DNA of 63,773 nt, the filler included, from Reticulomyxa filosa (taxonomy: Eukaryota; Protista; Foraminifera): assembly GCA_000512085.1 (NCBI GenBank). It is 17 parts of 17 records of this genome, joined end to end, with 100 filler letters (N's around TTAATTAATTAA, not from the genome) between each part and the next. Parts side by side here need not be neighbours in the genome. Positions count along the whole stretch, not along the records: positions 50,588 to 61,468 come from ASPP01016750.1; positions 61,569 to 63,773 come from ASPP01049420.1; 15 more parts are not named here. One strand, 5' to 3'. Every line of letters starts with the position of its first letter. Within the stretch, counting starts at the first letter, position 1. Below the pieces are notes generated by a model. The model was not told the origin of the DNA. It did not search any database and worked only from the letters and a program-made list of their open reading frames with translations. The position numbers and the translations under genes were made by a program. This document shows, in pieces, positions 51,384-63,773 of the stretch.

Positions 51384-53546
51384 TATTAATCAAATGAATT
51401 AGTTTTTTTTTTATCAAGAACATCAGAAGGAGTTGACAAAAATACATTCAAAATTTTCTAAAATGAATAATATTTATTTGACTCTTTTATTTTATTTATG
51501 TTATACAAAAGAAATTGATGAAATCACTTGCTTTTATAAATTTTATTTTTTTTTTAGAAAAAGAAATATGTTATAATATCAAAAAAATTAAAATTTTTAT
51601 TAATCTTTATTTATCAAATACAAAATTAAAATGAAACTGAAAAGGCAAAATGATTGGATATCGAATATTATAATTTGATGCAATTTTCATTTGAAAATTC
51701 TTCATTGTAAACTCTTTTTTAAAATATGTTTTATCAAACTTTGTCAAATAAACATTAATAAAATATGTTTATTTTTTTTCGTCAATTCATCATCTATATT
51801 CAATTTATTTGTGGCTGTGATACTGATGGAATTAAATGTAAATATTAAAAAAAAAAAGTAATATTGTTAGTGATCTGACTGATTTGTTCAATCAGATAAC
51901 ATGCTTTCTTCGAATGCATAATATTAAAATATTTTGCGTTTGTTTCAATAATTTTGACTAAATAAAGTTAGTTCTTTTTCCCAACAAATTTATTCAACAT
52001 TCACACTTTGCAAAACCGAAAATATATCTAAGATATGTTCAGACATTCTTTCAAATAATATTTTTTTTTTTTTTTTTGGTAAAGACATTTACTTTAGAGA
52101 AAGTATTCAATAATTTTTGTTTTGTTTGTGTAAGTGTGAATAAAAAAAAATTATACATTAGTCTGGGTGAGACTTGCACTCACATCTATGCGAACTGCCT
52201 GAGTTTTCATCAAGATTTATATCACTGTTAAGGCACTTTAGTATGGAAACTGTCACTATGCCTTTGATCATTTCTGAGAACTTGCTTCAGATAAATGTGC
52301 TTGGTAAAAAACCAACCTCACTTATGAGAATTCAAGTGCAAAATTGCTTTGGATACCACATTTCGTGGCAGACGCATGCTCTCTTTGAGCTACCAGACCA
52401 TTTCATTTTTGATATTATCTTATTTCGCATAATGGGTATATTGTTGAGTTATACTATCATAATCATAGTTCAGTCAAAAATATTTTTTTTTCATTATCGA
52501 AATAAATGCATTTTATGCTTGTTTAATTATTAAATAAAATTTTGATCCATCGGCAAGCTTGGGCTCAGTACGGGTTTGATGTGGAGCCTCGGCCATTATT
52601 GTCAGAATATTTAGAAAAAATTTGGAATTGAAAAACGGGTTCTTTTCAAATTTTTTGCAGTACAAGCTATCTAATTCTAATCTTGCCAAAACATAAGAGC
52701 GAGTCCAGTCTTGAACTCGCTTTTTCTTCTCAGCTTGTTTTTTTGCGATTGTATTCATTTGTTAAATTAGTTTTCGGTGTGCAAGTTGGGCTGCGGCCAA
52801 CCCACAAATATTTGTTAAAATATTAAACACTGTTTGCAACCCACCAAACAATATTAACCATTCCTTTTTTTTTGGTAAAATTCCAGTGGTTTTCAAAAAA
52901 CTTTTCTGTAAAACGAGTACTTTGTCACACTTCTTAATTTACCTTGTACCGTCTCTGAGCAATCTTTGTGTTTTATTTATCCCTAGTCGCTTGTTTTATT
53001 GTTCACAAAAAAAAAAAAAAAGAAAAGGAAAGGACAGAGAGAAGATGCACAATAAGAAACAACAAAAAACAAATACAAAAAGAGGATCAGAGACGGTTCC
53101 AATTTCACCAAACAATGTCAGCCCATTGTCTGGTTTTTTTAAAAAGGTTCAGGTATGACAACACAAAAATCCAGAAGGAAAAAAAAAACAAACAAAAAAA
53201 TTGGAAGGACCAAAACAAAACCCTACCAACAACAGAGACAAACAAAAATTCTTACAGAGACCAACTTCCAAAGGCAAAAACATTGACTTGCTAACATTCA
53301 AGGTTTGCGTCAAGAGGAAGAAGGAAAGAGAGGAAAAAAAAAAAAAAAAGAGAAAAAAGGAGAAATCAACACAAGACAAATCAAAACAAGCAAAAAAAAA
53401 ACCAACAATATAACTTCCTCACAACAACAAACTATATTAGACCTATTGTTAAAAAAACAAGCTTATGAAAAACAAAGCAAATAACAACAACAAAAAAAAA
53501 GGATTGAAATATGACAAATCATATGTATTGAAACAAATGCGTTCGT

Positions 53547-54707
53547 TACGTAGGACTCTTCAAATTAGTGCGTTCGAGACTGATGAGACCAGGAACAGGA
53601 ACAAAAAGAGAAGGAGGAAGAACGACACAACAGACGAAAATAAATACAATTACAAAGGTTGTATTGTCCTACGTCAACCTTGTTTGATGAATTCCATGTT
53701 TTTACACACACACAACATAATAGTCATTACATGTATGTACATATACACATATATATATGTATATATTGTATATATAATTGTACCGGATAAAGTCTGTGAA
53801 GTACTGATACTAGAATTAGAATTTGAGCTGGAGATACCTAAAAGAGGAGGAAGTTCAGTGAATCGAAACGCAAAATGTTGGTGCATGCTCCGTGGAGATC
53901 TCGCGGTGTTTGAGACGGGAACAGAGAGAGGGACATTTTGGATTCTTAAACTCGAAGTAGTTTCATTTCGTGAAAGAGAAGACACATCGAACAGTTTGCT
54001 TCGTTTATTGTCGCTATCGGCAATCGGCACGATTCGATTGACCGTGGCACTGCTGGGATACCCAAAGCTGCTGTTCTGCCCATTGGCGTGGTCGCGGAGA
54101 TTCGACGAGCTCATAGACACGAGTGAAGGTGACATGTGTCGTCCCAACGGCGGGGATAAATTACTGTTGCCAGTGAAGGACAATACGTTCGAGCCTGTCG
54201 AATGTCTTCGACTTAACGAAGGCGACCCAGCATTGTTTGTGCTTTGGTTTCTCGACTACTTCCCACCCCTGTTCCTGTTCCTCCTAAGATTCCACTTGCA
54301 TTGGTTCCTACAACATTCGTACCAATGTTAGATCCCATTCCAACTCCTCCAACCCCAACCCCAACCCCAACCCCACCCACTCCAACTCCTACAATTCCAA
54401 TACCAACGTTGGGCAGATTACTGACTCTGGAGGCCATGAACAATGAGGGATGAGTGATGGCGGCATTGGAGGGAGCGGCGTTGATATTGTGCACCGAAGG
54501 CAGATATCCACCGGATGGAGCTGGGACCGAGGGCGCGTAGAATGGATACGCCGATGGAGTAGAGTATAAGACATGTGATTGATAGAGATGAGGAGAAATC
54601 AGAGAAGAGGGATAGAGGGGTCCGATCAGTGTTGCTACAGAAGCGTTCATATTGTTGGCAAGATTATTATTATTATTGTTATTATTATTATTGTTATTAT
54701 TGTTATC

Positions 54708-54750
<43 letters not shown>

Positions 54751-57700
54751 ACATTTAGTAACTCGTCATTAGTCAATAAGGTCGATCCTTGCGAAGGAGA
54801 TATCGGTAGTCGTACAGGCATTGCCATAGCCACGTGCGGTGCGAAAGGAGCAGGATTGCACATAGCCTCGATGGCGGTTTGGCTGTCGCTCAGATCTCTT
54901 CGTGGCAAAGGGATGCCGTAATCCATGGAACCAGTCAACAGTGGTTCCGACGGCTGTCCATTCATTGCATGTTGAGGACTCAATTCTCTTCCAACATTGG
55001 CTTGTCCAACACGAGTTACCTCTTTTAATTGTTTTGTCGTTTTTGTGTTCTCTTCTAGCCGCTTGTCCACATACACCTCCTCACTCCTTTGCTCTTTCTG
55101 TTCATGTTGGCGTTGCTGCTCTTGAGCAGGGTCTAACATTTGTTTTTTCAACGAGCCTGTGCACATTGTCAACTCAGTTTAATTTTTTTTATTTTAAAAA
55201 AAAAAAAAAAGAAAAGATGAAATAACCAGTGCGTACAAATGGAGAGGAAGGCTGTTCTGTCTCCTTGCGATTTTTTTGTGGGTACTTGTCAGAACGGTTT
55301 TCCGATGTCTTTCTTGTATCGCCATTCGCTGCTGCCACTTTTTTTGAAATCACTGTTCACTCCGTTAGACAACATCAAACCACTAAAAAGTTAATTGTTG
55401 ATTATCTTACACATTCACATAAGACTCATCAAAAAAAAAAAAAAAAAAAAGGGATGAAAAACAAAACTTTTTTTTTGCGTGTTTGAATTGGAACTCGAAT
55501 CGAAATCGTCATTGTTTTTGTGAGGCTTGGAAGGCCTTGTCTGTCTTACCTCGGGTTCAACCATTGGAATATTGATTTTTGCTGACAAATTCCTTGGACT
55601 GTCTTCCATTTCCGCTTTTGTCGTCTGTTTTTATTTTTTGTTTATTTATTTATCTGTTCATTTTCTTTTGATTCAATACGTACATCTTTCTCCGAAATTT
55701 TGGAAGGATGCTTTTCTAAAAAGCGGATACGTTGGAGTAAAAAAATAGAAATGTAAACTTTCGAATTGCCAAGATGTTTGTCAGGAAGATGAGTTTGTTC
55801 ATTGATCTGTCGTTCTTCTTTTTCTTCTTCTTCTTCTTCTTCCTCGGTCATGTGGTCAAGCTCGTCGCTGCTGCCGTCTTGATCGGCAATGTTCAAGCTC
55901 TTTGTCTTTTGTTTTTTTATCGCGTGTCTGTCATTGCTTGCACTAGCGGCGTGCGTCGAAGACTGCATCTTTGTCTCTTCACGCTTTGCTTTTGACCTTG
56001 CTTTTGTCTTTCCTTTTTTCGTCTCCTCTTCTTTGTCACGTAGTTGCTTCGTCCGATTTCTTTTCACTCTGTTTTATTTTATTTTATTTTGTTTTTCTCA
56101 GAATAGACTTACTACAAAATTGATTGGTAATTGTCTTTCATGTCAAATGTTACAAAAATATAAGACCAAACGCTTTTGTTGGTGCTTGCAAATGGGAAGA
56201 ACTCAAAGTGGCCAAGACACCATCTCCAGAATCGCTGGTGTGCATATGTGCTGGATGGAGAATAATCTTGGACTTGGCGACAGGAACAAGAACAGATGGC
56301 AAGGAAGATCCGATTATGGAAGTGTAGTCTTGGTACCCATCACGGTTGTGTTGATTCATCAAGTATCGATCCGACTTCCAACATCTCAGTATGTCCACTG
56401 ATGCAATGCGCTTTTTCTTCGTCGTGCGACTCAAAAACTGTACCGTATGTTCATCCCGCAAATCCACTTTTTCCAATTCCTCCATTGGGAACCATGATGC
56501 GCCTGCTGAATCATACGTTGGAAATGATTTTACTAATTTCTATACATTTTTTTTTTTTTTTTTTTTGGAGTATGTATACATAACAATAATATATACATAA
56601 TAATAATATACGTACATATATTATTATTATGTATTCATTTATTTATTGAACAAAAAATACAAAACAGATTTGGTATATTCGGCATAAAAATAAAAGTGCA
56701 TTTCATGGAAATCATTTCTCAAATTATGCTTTCCAAATTGATTGACAATGTGTCTGATTTCGATGATCCCTTTGATATCAATATCAATGCCGGCTTGCTT
56801 GGCCACGCACTTTTCGGCTGCCTCGGTCAAAGTCTCGTCGATTTGTACACGCGCGTTGGGGAGGTCATATTCGTGCTGACATTTATCGCTGACGACCTGG
56901 ACCAGCAGAAACCTGCATCCCTCAGGGTCTTGCAGGATCACATGTACATGGCTGCGTGTGAGAATCTCAGTGTGTTCTCCCGCTGTCATATCCACATGTC
57001 CATTGCTCTCGCGTTCGCTTTTCGTTAATTTTTTTTCATGAATGCCATCTTTTGTTTCGACTCTATTTTTTTTTAAAGGACATAAAATAGAAACATATAC
57101 GTATATATTTACATATATAATAAATATATATGTAGAAACACCTCATATGCCAAAACAATTTCTTTTTGCTAATGAATTCGCCATGACACATTGGACAGCG
57201 ATGTGCTCGAGTGCCACGACTGTCTGCATTTGCATGGGAATGTGTTTTGGCGTGTTTATTGTTGGCGTTGTCATCAGCACGAGAAGGATGAGAATTGACA
57301 CCGTCGTCATCGTTGTCGTTGCCGTTGTTATTACTGTCATCATCGTTGTCATCGTCATTGGAGATATGTCCTTGGTTGCTGTGGTACAGCGGCAAGTGTA
57401 CGAATAGCTCTTTGTCACTCAAGTGTTCCATTCCGCAATATCCACACGTATAAAACTTGGTTGCCACTGATCCATTGGCATTGACATTGGTATTGACATT
57501 GGCATTGACATTGACATTGACATTGACATTGGCATTGACATTGACATTGGAATTGGTATTGATATTAGTGTGGTCATGATCCACCTTTTGACTATCCACA
57601 AAACTCTGTCCTTGACTAGACACAGCCTGCAGGATCTTGACGAGTGCTTGCTGGTCGTTGGTAACCACATTGGCGCCCAGGCGGAGAAAGTTATTTCGAT

Positions 57701-58466
57701 GCTTGCTTCCGTGTGTAGCGGCCCCGTGGATCACAATGATTAGACATTGCCGCTCACAGTGCCGCGCCACTTGCTTCAGCACTGCGCTGGCGTAACTCGA
57801 TCGCAACATGATGATCACCACGTGGTAGTTTTTGAATACTCGTCCTTTGCTCTTTTTCACTTCGCTCACTTTGCATTGGATTATTCGACAGTTCGATCCG
57901 CTGCTTATCGACTTTATTATTGTCTCGCTCGTTTTGATGTAATTGGTCTTCGATGATGAACACGCCTTCTCGTCGTCGTTGTCGTGAATGTACAGCACTT
58001 TTTTATAATTCGGAGCTGTCTTTGAGTTGCATAGTGACAATGTTGGCACTGCTTTGGCATGTACTCTTTCTATTTCTTCCTCTTCCTCTTCTTCTTCTTC
58101 TTCTTCTTTATCTTCTCTTTCTGATAACCGCTCTTTCTCCGCCTCTTCGCTCATTTCTATGCTCTCGCTTCTCCTCACTGGACTCACTACGCTTTCGTCT
58201 CTGCTCGTGTCATTCATGTCCACATATCCTGATACTATGTCGCTGTTCGTTGAATATGCTGACGACGAACTTGTTGTGTTACTGTTGTTATTGTTATTTG
58301 TCACCCTTGGCCTTTCGCTTGCACCATTTGAACATGTAATCGCCTTCAATAACGCTTCTCCATTACTCAGATTTGGAGATTGAATATTTTCTAATGTTGG
58401 GCGCGCTGAATAATTTCTATTCATATGCCTTTCACTGTTGGCACGGAGAAGCATTTTTAAACTCAT
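53547..58466 (-). CDS. Multi-exon protein: receiver-like alpha/beta domain + two C2H2-type fingers + degenerate Nudix domain + long disordered tail
   Basis: KVLYIHDND...YHVVIIML...LIIVIHG...FLRLGANVVT; CGYCG...LFVHLPLYH and CPMC...LFWHM; VHVILQDPEGCRFLLVQ...DLPNARVQIDETLTEAAEKCVAKQAGIDIDIKGII. The 3' end is uncertain, and there is an apparent frameshift near 54243. Confidence 0.65.
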
Positions 58467-58751
58467 CTCCTTTCATGTTTTTCTTCTTTTCATCCAGAAG
58501 ACATAAAAGCCACGTACTTTGTAAGCTTTTACAATTTTTTTAAATATAAAATATTAATTTTTTTTAAAAGCTGATAAACTGCAATCTCATTGATTTCGCT
58601 TTTTTCTGTTCGATAGGTTTCTATAGACAATAGCTCACAACGACAAAAAAAAATGATAACCAGTAAAACTGTGTTTTGTGTGCAAGGACTAAGACTACAC
58701 AAAGTTCAAATCAGCATTGATAATATTTCTTTCTCAACAGTATCAAATTAC

Positions 58752-60128
58752 ATGGAACGTTCAAAACCTGGTGGGATGAAGTTGCTTTTGAAGCAACCAT
58801 TGATTTCTTTCGGCTTGATTATTGCTGTGTCTCTTGCTATTTGGGGTGTGAGGATAATGTTGAAAAAGAAGAGTTTGAAACCTTCAAATAAGCCATCTCA
58901 ACAAAGCAAGCAATATGGCACTAAGACAGTGTCAACAGAAAGCAAGGAGGGCGAACTGTTCACCGAAGAGACTTCCAAAGACGACAAACACAGTGAAGAA
59001 CTGGAAGAGCTGCGTGAATTTTTGCAAAGTTCAAAAAAAAGGCTTTCCAAATTTTTGTAAATCTTTTCAAAAAAGCTGTTTGTATTTTGAAAATGTAATG
59101 AAAGCCTCAAGCCCACAAGAATCTGAAATCAACAAAGTTTAGTTTTTTGTTTGTTTTTTTTGTGAATGGCGATAATGGAATACCTCATAACAGGCGTTTG
59201 ATTTGGCGTGTGATTTGAGCCAACTGTGTGAAGACATAAGCACAGCAAGTAAATTATCATTGTACGGACTGTTTAAAGTTAATTCAAACAACACTGTGAA
59301 AAACAAAAAAAATCAAATATATATATATATATTTGATTTTTTTTAAAAAAAAAAAACAGCAAGCCAAATTCGGAAATTGCACCACAAAAGCACCAAGCAA
59401 AATGATGATACAAGACTATGCAAAATGGTACTTTATTCTTTAGCAAGTATCTTTCTCGTTTTTTTAAATAAACAAACAAAATGAAATGAAGGGACGCATG
59501 GTCTCGAAATGCCAATATGAGCAGCAAAGATGCAAAAGTGCGGTATATTGGACTGGTGAACACACTATTGGGAGGGAAGCCGGATACAGATGGCAATGTG
59601 CAAGAAGATGACGCATCAGAGGTAGTGGAGTCCACGGAGGGCGTTGGAAAAGGTGCCGTCATGAGTCGATTGACTTCGAACCAAGACCAACAAAGTTTGT
59701 TTGTTTTTTTTGTTATTGCGTTTGTTCAATCAATTGTGAATTGCTTTACTTTACTAAAAAAAAAAAAAATAGATGATATATATGAAGCATTTGATTTGTC
59801 ACGCGACGTAAGTGTGGAAGAGGTGCGTAAGTATATAATAGACAACAAAGTGGATATCAATTCAAAAAATGAATTTGGGACAACTTATTTGAGTGTTGTG
59901 TGCGATTATGGCAGGACCGATATCGCCAAAATGTTGATTGAAGAGTTTCATGCTGATATCAACAGTGCTGACACTGACGGGTACACGGCCTTACATTGCG
60001 CTGCAATGTCAGGACGACGGGACTGTGTCACACTTTTGCTTCAGAATGGTGCTGATAAAAATGCCCTGTCTCTTGAGGATGAAACTCCTTTAGATCTTGC
60101 TACTGATGACGTCACGGACTTATTTTAG
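58752..60128 (+). CDS. Membrane-anchored acyl-CoA-binding protein with ankyrin repeats (TM-ACB-ANK); apparent frameshift at A8 run 59033-59040
   Basis: TM LISFGLIIAVSLAIWGV. Spliced exons give AFDLAC...KLSLYGLFK|QAKFGNCTTKAP....QDYAKW|DAW...NMSSKDAKVRYIGLV (ACBP signature). Ankyrins DGYTALHCAAMSG and ETPLDLA follow. Confidence 0.88.
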
Positions 60129-60631
60129 ATCTCTTTCTTATGTCCGTTCAAGTTTAATTATTTCCCAACAATTATTGTGTCATAAGAATATCCATTTGTT
60201 AACAATTCAAACAAACAAAACAATGGTATAATAGTATTCATTGATAATGCGACTTTTTCAAATCAAACAGCATATAATCATTGTCGACACTTGAAAAAAA
60301 AAAGTGTTAATTTATAAATGTTTAAAAGAAAACAAGATTTACCTTTGGAGTAAGGGCAAATGGCATAACAATCAAATTTTAGTTTCACAAGTGGAATAAC
60401 TTTGTTTTTTTATCTATGTTGAGCGTCAACTAAATTTTCATCCTTCTTTTAGATTGCTCTACATTTCTAGAAACGAAAAAAAACTTTTTCTTGTTTTAAG
60501 GTTGTTTTAAAAAAGAATGGCCTTCCAAAGAAAAAAAAGGAGACCACGTTGGGACCAGTGACCAAGAAAGCAAGAGGAGGTGGGCGAAAAAATCAAGGGC
60601 AACGTTTTTGATTATAATTACACATTTGCAA

Positions 60632-61400
60632 GATTTGGAGAGATGATAACAGTGTCAAGGGAAATCATTCAGCATTCAGTAGTAGACAAGTCAGACGCGT
60701 TAGCGATGGTCGGAGCGGTCGTGACAGTCCAAGCGCAGACCACTTGGAAGCAAGTCAAGCAAAGAGACCGAAGCGTATGGACAAGTTTGAGGCAATGTCA
60801 ACAGAGGAGTTGGAGAACAATAGCAGCGGCGACGAGAAGCAAGACTCGTCCCCGCAAAACGGGAGTAGTATAAGTCCGGAGAAGAGGGAAGTAGGACAGC
60901 GCAATGTCTCCTCACCAGCAACAACAGCAGCAATAGCAGTAACAGTGACAGTCGGAGACAGAAAAGGAGGAGGAAAAAGAGAAGAGGGTAATGACAAAGC
61001 AAAGAAAAACGACAATCCAAAATCGAATAAAAATGACTTGGCCGATGTCCCGAGCCGAGACAACAAAGACCTGTCAGCTACTTACTTTAGCAAACAACAA
61101 CTGAAGGTCAGCACTACGACCTCTCCGACCAAGTCGGCGCTTTCATCGATACTGGCCACCTCTTTGGTCGTCAAAGACAGCGACGACATCCTTTCCAACA
61201 ATGCTGGCAATGCCAACAATACTCACAAACCAAACTTGACCAACAACACAAGCGATAACAATCACTTAAATGCCCCTTGGAACTTGGGTCTAACCGTCCG
61301 CGTGGGCGGTCGTCATGCCGTCATTCCTCGTAAAAATAACGTCAGTGAGGAGATCGACAGTAGCGATGATGAGGACATGGGATTAGCTACTATGAGTTAG
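60632..61400 (+). CDS. Hypothetical Ser/Asn/Lys-rich disordered protein (terminal exon; start uncertain)
   Basis: GC-richer open frame after an AG acceptor near 60632, ending TAG 61400. No domain recognised. Confidence 0.5.
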
Positions 61401-61639
61401 TCTTGCAACAAATCACATTTTTAATTCTTACTTTTTTTCCCTCCTTTTTTTTTTTTTTTTTTTTTTTTNNNNNNNNNNNNNNNNNNNNNNNNNNNNNNNN
61501 NNNNNNNNNNNNTTAATTAATTAANNNNNNNNNNNNNNNNNNNNNNNNNNNNNNNNNNNNNNNNNNNNTCTCTCTCTCTCTTTCAATGTTTTGCAACATT
61601 TGCATTTTTATTTATTTATTTATTTTTTAAAAGATAACA

Positions 61640-62693
61640 AACCATTTGAGCAGCAGCAGCGTCAGCAAACAGGGTAACAATTATGCGAAAAGTGTCACCA
61701 CTGGCACCAGAAATAATTTGAGCAGGAGAAGCACCGCCACAAGTGGTTCGGATGGCATCCATGGTAATGTGATGAGGGACTTTTGCTTTCACCATGAAAA
61801 AGCAGGTTTCTTCCATGCTATTGCGTCTCGTCAGCGTTCCGTGGGCTGACGAATCCACTGACATGATCGAATATGTCGAACTGTGTTATATGTGTATAGT
61901 AAGGGTAACAATGAAAAAAAAGTATATATATGTTTATTGATTCATTTTCTTTGCTGTTTCAAATTTCGAATTGGTAATCAACAATAGTATATACATATAT
62001 ACATATATGTATATATGTATATATTGAATACAAAACGGTGCAATAGATACACTGGGCTCTCGTTCTTCTTTGGTCCAACTAGGATTTAACGAGTGCTTGC
62101 TGGCCGTGTTTCTCGACGTTTTTCTTCCATTGCCATCTTTTTTACTGCGATGACTACTTGAATTTGTGTGATGCTTGTTATGCTTGGGCTCCGTCAGATA
62201 AGGCTTGCGTTTCTTTCGCGTCGTTTGCTGGCTGTCAAAGCTGGTGCGAGTGATTCGAGTGTGTTCTGTGTTTTCACTGGCCATGGAATAATCGCGACTG
62301 GTGCTGTACTCACTTTGGGCGTCATTCATCAATCGATGATCCTCCCTATCGTCTTCATCATCATCATCTTCTTCTTCTTCATCGTCTTCTTCTTCCTCCT
62401 CTTCGTCCTCTTCTTCCTCTTCTTCGTCCTCCTCTTCGTCGTCATATTCTTCTTCGTCGTCGTACTCTTCCTCGTCCTCTTCTTCCTCTTCTTCATCTTC
62501 CTCCTCGTCCTCCTCTTCCTCTTCCTCCTCTTCCGTTTCGTCCTGTCTCGATGTTGTGCGTTTTTTTTTCGTCAGCACATTTTTTCCTTGAGCCGTGTTC
62601 CGACCATGTCGATTTGCGTTGTTGCGATGCTTTTCATCTTTTTCTATTCATTTTTTTACATTTCATACATTATTTGTACACATACATATATAT

Positions 62694-62727
<34 letters not shown>

Positions 62728-63720
62728 TATATATGTAAATAGCTTGCAATACCCTAAACATATTTATATTACACACCAGCATTACCATTTTGAGTACTAT
62801 GGCCTCGTCGTTTGTCTGTTCCAGTCTTTACAGACTTCATAATCCGGTGCTTTTCATTGCCGCCGTCATTTGCATGTTTACGAGTTTCCCTTTCTCTTTC
62901 TCGTTCTCGTTCTCTTTCTCTTTCTCGTTCTCTTTCCCTTTCCCTTTCCCTTTCTCTGTCTCTTTCTCTGTCTCTGTCTCTGTCTCTTTCTCTGTCTCTT
63001 TGTTCTCTTTCCCTTTCCCTTTCTCGTTCTCTTTCTCTTTCCCTTTCCTTCTCTCGTTCTCTTTCCCTCTGTTCACGACCGCGATCGTTCTTTTCCAAAG
63101 TTCCGTCGTCGTACTTGCCATTGCCGTTGTGTCGCTTCTTGATTGAGTCTTGTTTGTCGTCCGCCTTGAGAGAATTGGTGGTCCGATCGCTCGGTGCCCT
63201 GTTTCGTGGATCTTGCGGCAACTTGCCTTGTCCATCTGCTTTGGCTCCACCGCCGCCGTTGCCGCGGATGTGGACCGGGTTGTCACCATTGGTATGATCG
63301 AGGTCGTTCTTTCGACTCGTTTGTCGGGTGCGCTCGGGTTGCGACTGCTGTTTCTCCAAGCCATTGGGCATCGTTTTTCCAAATCGACCAGGGAATAGCG
63401 ATGACGAATTCGCCATGATCTCTTCGTCTTGCATTATTCGTTCATCGTCTTCGCGTCCATTGACTAATGTTTATATTTCATATATCAAGTTTTTTTTTTT
63501 TTTTCCTTCTTCTTCTCTCCCCTCCTCCCTTGTCTCTTTGTTTCTATCAAAACTTTGTCCATCTGCATCCATAGGGTAAATCGTATTGCCCTGAAAGCGA
63601 GGTTGTACAAATGGACTGTAGTCATTCGTCGTTTGTCCAGGAGACAGCGCTTGATGCAGTGTGTCTATTGATTGTTGCATTATTTGTTCGCTTTCTTTCA
63701 TTTGGCCTAGTAATCCCTTT
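61640..63720 (-). CDS. Multi-exon low-complexity protein with RE/RD dipeptide tract, D/E tract and possible RRM-like segment; truncated
   Basis: Exonic ORFs 63471-63701, 62769-63434 (RERE...RDRD), 61934-62578 (poly-E/D) and 61616-61864. Confidence 0.55.
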
Positions 63721-63734
63721 GCAACTTCAAATAA

Positions 63735-63773
<39 letters not shown>

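Noticed and set aside
53465-54331. 288-aa plus-strand ORF
   Set aside because: Antisense to the Ser/Pro-rich exons of the minus-strand gene and runs through (TA)-rich intron sequence.
1-63773. Functional clustering of ubiquitin ligases, Nudix genes and TPR genes as an operon or defence island
   Set aside because: They lie on unrelated contigs joined artificially, and the genome is eukaryotic.

Overview
This window is eukaryotic and is not one continuous locus. It is 17 short contigs joined by an artificial 100-nt spacer (N44-TTAATTAATTAA-N44), so neighbourhood across spacers means nothing. Most contigs are AT-rich, with short GT-AG introns, microsatellites and many decayed gene copies. The family signatures I recognise (WD40 leader 'QHWTRTLQIKFGWIHEFDNIVVNY', 42-aa TPRs, NACHT/HEAT-type relics, tandem CAP-Gly) suggest a foraminiferan such as Reticulomyxa filosa; this is inference. 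Recognisable genes: a TPR protein, the N-terminal part of a HECTD4/MYCBP2-like E3 ligase, a zinc-finger dual-specificity phosphatase, a FLYWCH/WRKY-like finger protein, a kinase N-lobe, a UBR1/PRT6-like E3, a PQ-loop transporter, a NUDT6-like Nudix hydrolase, methylcrotonyl-CoA carboxylase alpha, a WD40 protein and a TM-ACBP-ankyrin protein. Relics include a LINE, a RasGEF, a TPR gene and a HEAT-repeat gene. One contig is foreign ciliate (Paramecium-like) rDNA with a 21-bp phased spacer repeat. The strongest novelty candidates are (1) a decayed copy of a gene fusing three CAP-Gly domains to an actin-like fold, (2) a Gln-rich protein with a catalytically degenerate i-type lysozyme/destabilase-like domain, (3) a receiver-like/zinc-finger/pseudo-Nudix protein and (4) a duplicated HxH-x13-CxxC module. 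All domain calls are by eye and need HMM or structure confirmation.
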